Assembly (NCBI RefSeq): GCF_001194135.2
Contig: NC_068981.1
Coordinates: 148,981,561 to 149,045,158 of the forward strand
Direction of reading: 5' to 3'
Source: Octopus bimaculoides
Taxonomy: Eukaryota
Length of the DNA: 63,598 bases
Part shown: in pieces, positions 35,076 through 47,808 of the stretch
Layout: every line of letters begins with the position of its first letter
Numbering within the stretch: position 1 is the stretch's first letter
The notes under the pieces: model-generated
What the model was told of the DNA's origin: nothing
What the model saw: only the letters and a program-made list of their open reading frames with translations
Databases searched by the model: none
Translations under genes and position numbers: made by a program

Positions 35076-37104
35076 CTGTAAATAACATACTAATTATCTT
35101 TATTGAATATCTTCTGATATTCGTACCACCACACATGTATCTAATATAGAAAATTCTTTACAATATTGGATGTTACAATCGCATTATAAATTCCTAATAA
35201 ATTCCTTTACATATTTTTATTAAAATGATGCCGTTGCACATAATATATTTTGTTCTTATAGCAACTAACCTTCAATCCATTGCAACACGATTAATAGAGT
35301 CTTCATATAAAAATATATATTACAAATACTTCTACTATATTTTTAAGGCATTGAAATGTCTAGAGATGACTAAAAAGTTTGTTAATATATTCAATAAAAC
35401 CAATACCCTCACTGTTTTTATAACTTAAATCTATATGCCACATGCAAAAAAATTGAGTCAACTGCTATCCCACCTCGGCAGCCCCACTCCCCGGACAAAT
35501 CCTTTAAAATGTCCATAATACTTGCTTATTCTATCTTATAATTAAGAGGGTTAATTAATAGATATATGAGGCAACTTAGATGATAACTTTTAGCGTAAAT
35601 CGAATAACATAAATCGTTGACCTTCATTTGAAGACTACACAACTGTTTTTAATACTTTTTATTTTTTGTCTTATTAAGTGTATACTGATGTAAGAATTTA
35701 CTGAAGTTCTAGTGCTGAAATATTGGCCAAAAGCCATATATTCCCATTTGAAACTTAAAACAGGTTCCGGAATAGTTACCGTTTATATTATTTCTTTATA
35801 TACCGGTTGTAATCGAGATTTTAAGAATGAAAATATAGTGTTACTTCATTACAAACATTATTACCCGGAAACCTTGAACTGAAAGTATCGTAATATTTAT
35901 GATCGAAGAGGAGATTGGTATCTGAATTTATGTATGTCTGGAATTTGGTTAACTGGGTGAATATTGGAGTCTCCATTCCCAACTGTCATTTTAAATTTTC
36001 TTTGAAATTCTGATTAACAAACAGTTTCAAAACTGTAAAGATAATGGTAAACAATTTTCTGCCTCGGTCTCGGCCTCTCAAATAAGAACTATTCCTTGAT
36101 AGTGCCTGGGGAAATATCATGGCTTGTTTTAGTATTCAGTAACAAATATGTTCATCTGATGACTACTTTAATACATTTGCCATTTAAGAAAATAACTGGT
36201 TACTCTCATATCATTTTACTTCGAATGACAACCAGCATTATTAAGAGTCGTTGGCAATCTAACAATTTTCACATCCGGTTATAAATGCGCACTTTGACGT
36301 ACAATCGTTCTCAGAGGTTCCCTAATACAAAGATAAACACACAAATACTTTCATTAACAACATTCAAAAAGTAATAAGGAATCCTTTCAATTTACTTCGC
36401 TATTAATTCTCTTTTGAATACCTTTCCGAAGGCTTCATATCGTTCGATCAATATACTGTTTCTAACAGTTCATTACAGATAAATTGACATTTACTAATGT
36501 CATCATTCCCGTAAGATATTCTTATACAACATATGCATTTCTTATGTTTCCGTAGCATATTCTCTCTCCCCACCTCTCTATCCCATTCCATTTTCTTCCT
36601 TATCTATCTATCTATCTATCTATTTTTCTATATCCAGCTTTACATGCATACATATATTTTGCGGTGGTTAAACGTGCTTCTTAACCACACACCCACCGAG
36701 AGAGTGAGAGAATGTGAGTGAGTGAAGGAGAAAAGAGAGAAAAGAAAAGAGGGTGAGAGAGACAGTGAGGAAGGGAGAGAGAGAGCTTCTTATCTTACAC
36801 AGCCATGCCTCCGCCTCACGCGACCAGGCGTAGGTGAATATTTCATATTAAAATATTAAGATTTTTACTTCACCAACCAAGTTTCAATTTGTTTCTTTTC
36901 TTCTTATTTTTGTTTCGCTATTTGTTTTCTTTAACCATTAAACTACAATTATACTGTATGTGGTCCATTGTCGACGCTGAAGTTTTATGTAGGAATTATT
37001 TTATCGACCTCCTAAAGTGGGATAACTGAACTAAATACCGCAAAGTATTTTGCCTGTCATTTATCACCGATCAAACAAGTTCATCCCCATCAGCTACATG
37101 TAAA

Positions 37105-37298
37105 ATACTGGTCTCCAATTTTAGTACAAGGCCAGCAATTTCGGGGACGGAGGTAAGTCGATTACATCGACCCCAATGTTCAACTGGCATTTATTTTATC
37201 GACACCGAAAGGAAAAAGGCAAAGTCGACCTCGACGGAATTTGAACTGCCGTTAATCATTTTTCCTGTCATGTTAACGATTCTGCCAGCTCGCCACAT
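37105..37298 (-). mobile_element. SINE family B
   Basis: gtaagtcgattacatcgaccccaatgttcaactggcatttattttatcgacaccgaaagg...ttctgccagctcgcc. Confidence 0.85.
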
Positions 37299-37678
37299 TA
37301 AACTACATATAAAAATATTATCTTCTCAGCTGTGAGTAACAATAGTATTGTTCATATCACGGAACAGAGCTTACATTAATTTTGTGTGGCATTATGTAAA
37401 TGAGAGCCACTATATTTTCTGGATATGTGGGGATTATATGGGTTAAAAATTACTTTGGTTAAGATGTAAATTTGAAAAATATTTCTAAGGCAAGTGAAAC
37501 AAGAGTTCATCCATTATATGAGTGAAACGCATATGAATATCTCAAATGTGGGCCTTCAGAAGTTTATATGGTTGTAAATAGACAGTTAGAAAACGGTGCA
37601 TCATTTTGATTAACCGTTCGTATAGCGATCTCTATAGAGGGATAGAGAAAGATAAAGAAAAATGGTAAGAGAGAGATA

Positions 37679-37752
<74 letters not shown>

Positions 37753-37944
37753 GTGAGAAAGAGAGAGCCAGGCTATAACAAAAACCAGAAAAAAAAGGAA
37801 AGAGTCGCATGCCGGTTTTTCTCACTGTACTCAAAACATGAGACAACAGGCTACCCTTCTGAGGTAACACTCCTCTCCACTGATCTTCAAATGCAAACAT
37901 CCATTCATCATACACGTATGCGTATATGTGTATCTTGTATCTTT

Positions 37945-38132
37945 TATCTCTTCTTTGATTCAGTTGCTAGACTGCAGCCATGCTGGAGCACCGCTTTGAA
38001 AGCCCACTACTAAATATTTTAAACTTGGTACTTATTTTATCTTTCGCGTTTGCCGAACTGCTAGTTCACGGGGATATAAACCCACCAACACTGGTTGTTA
38101 AGCGGTGGTGGGAGACAAACACAGGGTCAAAG

Positions 38133-38164
<32 letters not shown>

Positions 38165-38335
38165 ATACACGACGTTGGCCACTTTTCAGTTTACGTCTAC
38201 AAAATCCACTTACAAGACTTTGGTCGGACCGAGATTACAGCAGAAGATATTTCGCCAAGGTGTCACGCAGTAGGAATGAACCCGGTACCATGTGGTTAGG
38301 AGGCAATCTTCTTACCACACAGCTACGTCTGGGAC
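37945..38335 (-). mobile_element. SINE family A, full length, diverged
   Basis: gactgcagccatgctggagcaccgc...ttggtcggaccgagattacagcagaagatatttcgccaaggtgtcacgcag...accatgtggttagg. Confidence 0.85.
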
Positions 38336-39333
38336 ATATGCTGATACACATGCGGTACGTGAGTGTACATGTTTGTGCTTTTGTGGTGTAGGTGATGGTG
38401 TTTGGGTGGGAACAAGTGAGTGGCTTTGCAGAATGACATTTCTTTCACTTCACTGTGACAGCAAAAAATCAGACTTTTAATTTGCAATATATAAAGCCCT
38501 CTGTGCGTAACATAGACATTCCTTGGATAAGAACAGATACTATACTTTGATCTTAGCCAAAAGGCCGGCAAGAAATCCCTGTATAAAGTACTGTCATAAC
38601 TAACTGAGAGATCTTTTATCTTTCTGTGAACGGTAAGGTAAAGTAGTAAGTAAATAAAGCATGGTGCTACTAATTCTTTTGCCTATACCTTGACCTCTAA
38701 AAGAAATCTCAATGTTGATAAAAGTTAATAATACCATTTCAATTAATTAATAAAATAATATTAATCATATTTACGGAAATATTAATATGTTGATAGTTAT
38801 TACTGATATTTGACAATTTTAGAATAATTCAAACACAATGCAATTAAGCAGCTGAAATTATAATGGGGAACGCTGCCAATTTTCTGTTTTGTTTTGTTAT
38901 CTTGTTTTTCTTATTCTTTTCATTAAACATTTACACAGCCTGAAATCTCATTAAGTTTAGTTATTGTATAAAATAAATAATTAATGAATTAGTTAATTTA
39001 AGATTAAGCCAAGATTATTTAAATAATACATTTGTAATACTCAGATGGAAGTGACTATATAGAGATGGCAGTGTGGTTAAGAAAAGCACGTCAGCAACGC
39101 AGGTTCGCGTCTTTATTCTCCATACCTACCCGTTTCAAGATATGAATTTTGCCCGGCTGAAATGCTCAAGATTTCGATAAACATCGAAACATTTTTTTAA
39201 ACTTTATTACACACAATCAGGAATGGTGAGGAACATGCGGAATGAAAAGTAAATAACTTCTTTTCTCGATGAACTTTAAATCCACAATTATATATTGTTT
39301 TAAACACAAAGCAGTCTATGGGAAGTTGTTGAC

Positions 39334-39404
<71 letters not shown>

Positions 39405-39467
39405 GCTAGCTAGCTAGCTAGCTAGCTAGCTAGCTAGCTAGCTATCATTTGTATGACTGTTTGTCTG

Positions 39468-39527
<60 letters not shown>

Positions 39528-39752
39528 CGTGCGTTGTCGCGCATATATATATATATAGGTAAATGTGTAAATGCATGTATGTGTTTATGTATGTATGTAT
39601 GTATGTATGTATGTATGTATGTATGTATGTATGTATGTATGAATGAATGTATGTATGTACGAATGTGTATAATCAACAGATGAGATCCAGAGATTCTCGG
39701 TATAGAAAGCACATTGTTGCGCTCAAATGATTCGAACTTAGGCACCGATGTG

Positions 39753-40296
39753 TTTTACAAGGGACCAATTCCGCGGGATAGAGAGTGGCTATAACAGGAA
39801 TCATGGTTAGAAGATATGGAAAGAATTATGTGGTTAAACAAATTAAATATAAAAGCTTGGGTTTGCTATAAAAAGATATGTATATATGTATACATACAAA
39901 ACAAAAACAGCAAAGACTGAAGACTTTCAGACGATGAATACTTAAGTTTAAATATATAGATACTTATATTGACAGATCAAACTTACACAGAAGACAAATG
40001 ATAGAAAAGATTAAAAGGAAATAGGTAAGATGTTGTAAGTTCAACAGCTGTTTCTGGGGGCTCGGAAATTCATCATCATGTTGGTAAATATCTTTATATA
40101 TATATTTAAACTTAAATATTCATCGTCTTCAATCTTTGCTTTCTTTCTGTTTGCATGTTTACATATATACATATGTTGTATCTCAAACCTAACCTGTTAT
40201 ACTTATTTTGTTTATCCGCATAATTTCTTCCATATCTGCTCACCTTGATTCCTCTTATAGCTACTCATTACCTCGCGGAATTGGTCCCCCGTAAAA
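39753..40296. repeat. Long diverged inverted repeat, about 200-bp arms (39753-39965 / 40090-40296)
   Basis: ttttac..gggaccaattccgcg...gctataa.aggaatc...gatatggaa..aattatg.gg.taaacaaa...agcaaaga.tgaagac present in both orientations. Confidence 0.85.
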
Positions 40297-40745
40297 AAAA
40301 AAAAATCGGTATGTATGTATGTATGTATGTAGGTAGGTAGGTAGGTATGTTTGGACTTAAAGAGCTCTTACTTTCTCTTCACTAATATTTTCGACGAAAT
40401 TTTGTTCCACGCTTTTGTCACCACGGCGCCAAACTCTTGCCTAAGAGAGGCTATGCTCTTCCGGTAGCATGACTTAAGAGTTGTGGACATGGTCCAGTGC
40501 GAAACATTCTGACAGTTGTATGGTATAATCAACAACATACTATTTCATGATATCAAATAATGTTTGTGTGTGTGTGTGTGTGATGTTGTTAGGTAGGGTA
40601 AAATCTCAACTGTTTCCTCTTAAGACACATCTGCTTATTCAGTTATTACAATCCAAAATGCAGTTGTCGTTTTTGTACAGATGCAAAGTACATGGTAAAG
40701 TTGAAAATCATGAAAACACTGTTTGTAGAGTTATTGTATAACAAA

Positions 40746-41058
40746 ACAGGAAGTCGGAAAATTTATTGGTATTTTTAAATCACCATTACATATGTTTCAT
40801 TTCCTAATAGGAATTACAGAGTTTTACGTCTCAGACAGAAATGTAAGTAATTTCCTATCAGAAATTTTTCAGACAGAGAAATTAGGTAATGTTGTTTAGT
40901 TTTTCATTTGATATTATTTAATTTCTCTGCATGAAGAATTTCTAATAGAAAGTTCCTTACATAGCTATTTAACATCTAAAACTGTAATTCCTATAAGCAA
41001 ATGAAATGTGTGTAATGCTGGTGAATAAATAATATCAATAAATTTACCAACTTCCTGT
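40746..41058. mobile_element. MITE-like element with about 85-bp inverted ends
   Basis: acaggaagt.gg.aaatttattg.tatt..tcacc..ttac..tttcattt.ct.ataggaattacag mirrored at about 40980-41058. Confidence 0.8.
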
Positions 41059-41080
41059 CTTCTTACACAATAACTCTGCA

Positions 41081-41135
<55 letters not shown>

Positions 41136-42025
41136 CATATATATATATATACACATATACACACATATACACACATATACACACACATATATATACATAC
41201 ATACATGTATATGTATATCTACACACGCACATATATATGAAATATACGTTTGTGTATGTGTGTGTGTGTACCTATCTCTAAATAAATAAATAGATAGTTA
41301 TAAACACACTCAACAAGATAGATCCGATGTAATCCGCAATAGTACTCCGAAGCAATCCAAAACGGTAATCCAGGAGAACCCGACTTGGTATTCTAGGAGA
41401 TATTTCGGCTTGGATATAGCATAAACAACACATACACAAATACACACGAATAGATAGACAGACAGACAAGCAGACAGACCAACACACACACACAAACACA
41501 TACACATATACACACAGACAAACACACAAACACGCATGCATTCATATGTGTGTACATAAAGCTGTTTATGTATATGTATACACAAATACTCGCATACAAA
41601 CACACACACATAAATGTGCATAGATTCATGTACACACATATCAATATGCATATAAACACACACACGTATATACACGCACATACTTAAATGTGTGTAACTA
41701 GTGTGTAGTTTTTTGTCAGTGAATGTGTGAGCGTAAGATTGAAACAAACGATGCGATGTAATATGTCCATAAAATCTATAGGATTTTCGAAGCATCCTTT
41801 TCTCTTAATACGACGGCGTTTAAGTACAGCCTCCATCACAGATCCTCAATATCATTGGCGTTACCTCCACCCGTCTTCGCAAAGCCAAAAAGTCATTGCC
41901 ACAAACGGTATCATCGCAGACATTATACTATCGTCGTGGTGGTCGTGGTTGTGGTCGTCAACATCGTCGTCGTCGTCGTCGTCGTCATCATCATCATCAT
42001 CATCATCAACAACACCACCACCACC

Positions 42026-42099
<74 letters not shown>

Positions 42100-44229
42100 C
42101 GGCACCACCANNNNNNNNNNNNNNNNNNNNNNNNNNNNNNNNNNNNNNNNNNNNNNNNNNNNNNNNNNNNNNNNNNNNNNNNNNNNNNNNNNNNNNNNNN
42201 NNNNNNNNNNNNNNNNNNNNNNNNNNNNNNNNNNNNNNNNNNNNNNNNNNNNNNNNNNNNNNNNNNNNNNNNNNNNNNNNNNNNNNNNNNNNNNNNNNNN
42301 NNNNNNNNNNNNNNNNNNNNNNNNNNNNNNNNNNNNNNNNNNNNNNNNNNNNNNNNNNNNNNNNNNNNNNNNNNNNNNNNNNNNNNNNNNNNNNNNNNNN
42401 NNNNNNNNNNNNNNNNNNNNNNNNNNNNNNNNNNNNNNNNNNNNNNNNNNNNNNNNNNNNNNNNNNNNNNNNNNNNNNNNNNNNNNNNNNNNNNNNNNNN
42501 NNNNNNNNNNNNNNNNNNNNNNATCTTAGTCTTCTCAGTTCCGCTAGGTTTTGCAAAACTTCCATTTTGCAAATTCTTTAGAACCCGGAATGTTGAAGGC
42601 ATTTTTAAATATTAGCACATATACACATATGCATAAGCGTATATAAAAAAAAACATAAACACATATAATCAACACACAAATACGCTCATAAAGCCCCCCC
42701 CCCCACCTCATATGTATGTATACATACACGAATGTGTGTGTATGTGTGTCTGTGTGCATGCATATGTATAATAATAATATATATATATGCGTGTGTGTGG
42801 GTGGGTGGGTGGAAGGTATAAGTTCTGTCTGAAATGTAAACCTTTCATCTCATTATCTGTAACGTATCTTTGCTACTCAGGCTACACTCTAAATTCTAAC
42901 TTTTGTTTCATGAAGTTTGTCTCTACAAGCATGTAGAATCAACATTCTCAAACACTCATTTCTTGTCTGTCGCCTGTTTTTTTTTTTTTCTCTCTCTAGA
43001 TTTTTCGCCATCATTCCCAATTGTATACATTGTTTCTTTTACTCATCTCCGAACTTTTTCAACAAACATCAATTGTTTCAATACCTCTCATTATGGATCA
43101 GTTAGATATGTCTCAATCTCTCTGATGTCATCACTTCGGTGAATTTAATGCATATACTTCCTCTCTCATATTCATCCAACACTGACAGTTCTGATGCTGG
43201 CAGTGAAACGTTTGCTATCCTGAATTGTCTCTATACTAACGATATTCGCGTTTAACTGTCTTTAAATGAAACGCTGACTTTCACTTTCTCTATCTCTCGT
43301 ACCTATATTCCTAACCCATCAATCATAGTCCTTTCACAGTTTCTGTTATTATTGAATCCACTTATTCCAAGTCATTCAACTTCACGTCATCTTACGGTGC
43401 AATAAATTTTGCCACACAAACCCATTAGTCCTTTAAGTCGCTTAACTAGTTAAACTATGCTAAATACACGCTGACTACCCATAAAGGTAAATCTATTTTA
43501 TCTCTCATCCATCCGATACAAATAAACAGGGACCCAATAGCAAGCACCAAAGAATGTTTCGAAACCACTGTCACACAACGTATGTGCTCAACTCCAACTA
43601 AATGGTCAACATGTAACTTCACTGCATCTCTACAAACATGAAAAACTGTCTGCAGCATATACCAGAAACATTAACTGAGATGGTTTCCTTTACCAATATC
43701 ACCGAAGTAAACGATGACTTAGTGCAGAGAACTACGTCGCAGATTGCAGTCGAGCTTTCAGGACTCTAATCATGGTCCCTTCTACACACCACCTCTGTAT
43801 TATGCGTATCACTGCTACAGAATAGTCAATATTTCTTTTAAATTTCCCTTGCACTTCTTTGAAAATGTTTATAACTATTCTTCGCGCACACGAATTCTCC
43901 TCTTATCACAAAGGTTCATCCCTGGTTATTCCAGTCAAATAATTCGACTGGTTCTGATTACCTTCTTTTTATTTTTCAAACTGTATTACAAAGGAAACTC
44001 AATCTCACCATCGACTTCAACTTTTATCTATTCCCGGTTATCTACTATATGCATTAGCAAAACCAACCGTGTCTTATATCTCGAAAAAGATACTTTTGTC
44101 AACATCCCAAAAGGATGAAGATATGACTATTCTCATTATGATTATGAATTTCTTCCACTTACTTTGCGGTTAGCCGCATGTTTTTATGAGGTCAAATCTT
44201 TTACTTAGAATCATATGATTCTGGATGAA

Positions 44230-44693
44230 AGACAATCGAAAAACTTGAAATAATTATTAGCAAAGGCAAAGTCTGATCTAATCAAAAACGACGAATCATT
44301 CATTGTATCTAAATGCAATGATGATCGATATGGTACATGTCAGTTCATGCATACCAGTCAATATAAGAGCAGAAAAACCGGAAGAATATTTACAAATGCA
44401 AATATGAACTGCAAAAGCAGAAATTTAATTAACTGCATCAAATGCCCGGATTGTGAAGAGATATACGCTGGCTAGATTGGGAATGCATTATCGGAACGTT
44501 CACGTGTGCACCGACAGTAAATTAGGGGCCTTGATGCCCATCAGATCCCTTTAAGCAACCATCTGGCAACATGAGGTCAGAAAAAGTTTATAATATTCGC
44601 TTTCTACAAACTACACACCTCAAGTGACGTTGAGAGAAAAACCAAAGAAAAGAATTTTATTGATAAATTTAAACTCATTTTAAATGAACAGTT
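44230..44693 (+). mobile_element. Penelope-like element GIY-YIG endonuclease relic
   Basis: VSKCNDDRYGTCQF..ANMNCKSRNLINCIKCPDCEEIYAG*IGNALSERSRVHRQ*IR..IPLSNHL..FIIFAFYKL..KEKNFIDKFKLILN; typical PLE endonuclease with Cys motifs, several stops. Confidence 0.9.
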
Positions 44694-45173
44694 ATAGTAA
44701 CGGTGATAATTATAATAATGATGGCAATAATAATAAGTACTACTGCTATAACTACTGCTACCACCGCCACCACTAACAACATCAATAATATAGGTGATGG
44801 TGAGTAGATGAGGAGTAGATGGAACAGGGACAACTGACGAAGGGATATACTCTTTATGTTGCATGTCTCGTTTCTCTGTTTGTCTTTTTTTTTTGCGTTG
44901 TTCGAAAAAAGTTCGTTTTCTGTTTTCGTTTTTCTGTTTCCGTTTCTCATTGTGTTTCACGTTTTCTTGATGTCCGGTAACCCTATATGCATGTATGTAT
45001 ACATATAGATGTAGGTATGTACATATATGTATGGATATATGCATATACCCATATATTATTTATATTATATATATATATATATGGGAGAATATACGAAAAA
45101 ACAACAACAGACGAGGACAGGTGGTGTAAATAACAAAAGGATGTATTAGTATGACGCTCGGGAATACGGAAAG

Positions 45174-45210
45174 TCTTTGACGTTTCGAGCTACGTTCTTC
45201 AACAGAAAGA
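45174..45210 (-). ncRNA. Minimal type I hammerhead-like motif, CUGU variant (same family as 8303-8338) within a repeat at about 45080-45340
   Basis: Minus strand: TCTTT-CTGTTGA-A-GAAC(GTA)GCTC-GAAA-CGTC-AAAGA; 5-bp stem I, GUC triplet, one mismatch in stem II. Confidence 0.55.
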
Positions 45211-45680
45211 ATACGGAGACAAGGAGAAAAACACGGAGAAAAAAAATTGAATAGTGTTCAGTCAACGGTCAATCATAATAATGGCTGATCATGACAATGG
45301 CTGACCGGAAGTTAGAAATTCTTTTTCAGGAGAGCTAAGAAAAGGATATATATATATATATGTGTGTGTGTATTGAATATATATATATTCTAAGCGACAT
45401 ATTGATACTTATATATACATGTGTGTGTGCGCGCGCGCGTTTGTGATATGTATGTGAGTGCATGTGATGTTGGTTTGTTTACATTCCCATAACTAAACGG
45501 TTTGGTAAAAGAAACCGATAGAATAAGTACTACACTCACAAAAAATAAGTACAGGAGTGGGACGAGCACGACTGCAGTGCAATGATTGAAACAAGTAAAA
45601 GGTAAAACATATGTACGTGTGTGTGTATGTGTGTGCATGAGTGTGTGTGTGTATGTGTGTGTATGTGTGTGTGTGTGCAT

Positions 45681-45750
<70 letters not shown>

Positions 45751-46264
45751 ATGTAAGTATATTATATAAAACTGTTTGTAATGTATGCATAAGCAATGAC
45801 TGTAACAAATATTCGAGCTATTAATATACTTACAAAAAAGTCAGTAAGAGAAGAATAGAGAAGGGAGAGATAGATGGAAAGAGAGAGGAAGAGAGAGGGG
45901 AAGAGAGAGGGGAAGAGAGAGGGAGACAGACAGAGAGGGGAAATGATACGTAAGTTGGAAGAAGAAGAAGAAGAAGAAGAAGGAGGAGGAGGAGGAGATG
46001 ATGATGATGGTGGTGGTGTTGTTATTGTTGTTGGTGGTGGTAGTAGTGGTGATGGTGGGGATGTTGGTGGTGGGTAGATGGAGAAAAATTAATAGAAAAG
46101 TTATATTGAAATTAAAAATAAAAGAGAAGTGTGGACCAATGAGAGAGAAACGAGAGAGAGAGACAGAGAGAGAGAGGGGAGAGAGACAGAGAGAGTTTGA
46201 GAGAGAGAATGTGTGTGTGAGAGAGAGTGTGTGTATGTGAGAGAGAGTGTGTATGTGTGTGTGC

Positions 46265-46303
<39 letters not shown>

Positions 46304-46429
46304 CAATGAATGAAAGAAGAAATAAGTGCAAACGTGGGATTTGCTGGATGTGGAGGACGGGACAGAGCCCATGACTCTTGCAGTCTCTGAAAAACTGGTG
46401 AGATCGATGCTGTTGACGTTTTGTTTGAA

Positions 46430-46595
46430 CTGCTGGTGTAACTGTGTGCAAGAAAGTTCCTCCCCAACCACATGGTCCCGGGTTCAGTCCTACTCCGTGG
46501 CACCTTGAGCAAGTGTCTTCCATTATAGCGCCAGGCCGACCAGTTGTGAGTGGATTTGGCAGACGGAAACTGAAAGAAGCTCGTCGTATATATAT
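46430..46595 (+). mobile_element. SINE family A 5' half
   Basis: caaccacatggtcccgggttcagtcctactccgtggcaccttgagcaagtgtcttcc...gacggaaactgaaagaagctcgtcg. Confidence 0.85.
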
Positions 46596-47019
46596 AAGAT
46601 TCAGTTGAATTAGGTACTTAAATTGATGCACCTTGCAAGTTCGGTATAGTCCGCACACCTCAACAATATTATTTCAATATTGAATATCAAGACTCCGTGT
46701 TTGTACCTAATATTCCTGTCGTATGTGCAGACAACTCAACCCAGCTAAGTGAAGATATCCGCTCTTGGTAGTTCAGACATGTACTTTTTATATAAAGATA
46801 ATTTTTATAGTATTTCCGAAGTGCAGATTCCAAGTTAAGTGAACAGAATATAAATAAGTAACAAAGATGTACAGGTGTCAATTCATTACGGCCGTTTCAA
46901 GCGGCATGTGTGTGTGTGTATGTCTGTGTGTTTGGGTGTGTGTCTGTGTGTGTGTTTAGGTGTGTCTGTGTGTGTGTTTGGGTGTGTGTCTGTGTGTGTG
47001 TCTTTCTGTCTGCGTTTGT

Positions 47020-47305
47020 CCCACCACCACCACCACCACCACCACCACCACCACCACCACTTTGCAACCAGTGCTGGAGTGTTTACAGCCCGGGTCAAGG
47101 AAATGTTCTCAATCTGTTTTCGTACGGAAGAACTGGGTATGAATCCAGTAACTTAGCGGTTCGGCAAAAGGGAACGATAGAATAAGTACCTTGTTTAAGA
47201 CAAAAATAAGTGCTGGGGGTCGATTCATTCGACCAAAATTTCTTCAAGGCCCAAGTATGACCGCAGTCTAATGACTAAAACAAGTAAAGTAGCAGGTAAA
47301 AGGTA
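47020..47305 (+). mobile_element. SINE family A 3' half carrying a 59-bp Merlin-derived insertion (47088-47146)
   Basis: gtgtttaca[insert]agtaacttagcggttcggcaaaaggg..gatagaataagtac...gaccgcagtctaatgactaaaacaagtaaa. Confidence 0.85.
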
Positions 47306-47606
47306 ATATCTCACACAAAGACATGAGCGGAGACAAGTTTCCAGGGAGACGATGTTCTAGGAAAGAAGAATTGAATATATTGATTATTACAAGAATTGGT
47401 GCGTTGAACGAGAGGTGGGAGGACGGATGGGTCTGGCTTGTAAGAATAACTTAGATTTGAGACCAGTGACTCTGAGCAGCGGAGGCCATTATAATAGTTG
47501 ATAAAAATGTCAGATTTTGTAGTGCGAGAAACGTTATGAGAAAGCCAAATAGAGAAATTGAAAGACAGGGAGACAAATAATGGGAAAGAGTGGAAGAGAT
47601 AGAATT

Positions 47607-47658
<52 letters not shown>

Positions 47659-47808
47659 AGAAATTGAGAGAGAGAGAGAGGAATAAAGAAAGAAAGAGGA
47701 AAAGAGGGGGATAGTGACAGGAACAGATAGAAAGTAAGAGAGTATGTTTGTTTTTGGTCTTTTCTCTTTTGCATGTTTCTGTCACTTGACTGTGACCGTG
47801 TTGGGACT

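Noticed and set aside
41780-41930. Possible exons on either strand (YNVCDDTVCGNDFLALRRRVE on minus, ILNIIGVTSTRLRKAKKSLPQT on plus)
   Set aside because: Mutually exclusive readings, each with one weak splice site and no recognised homology.
42900-43260. Faint piggyBac-like peptides on the minus strand
   Set aside because: Too degraded to support without a profile search.
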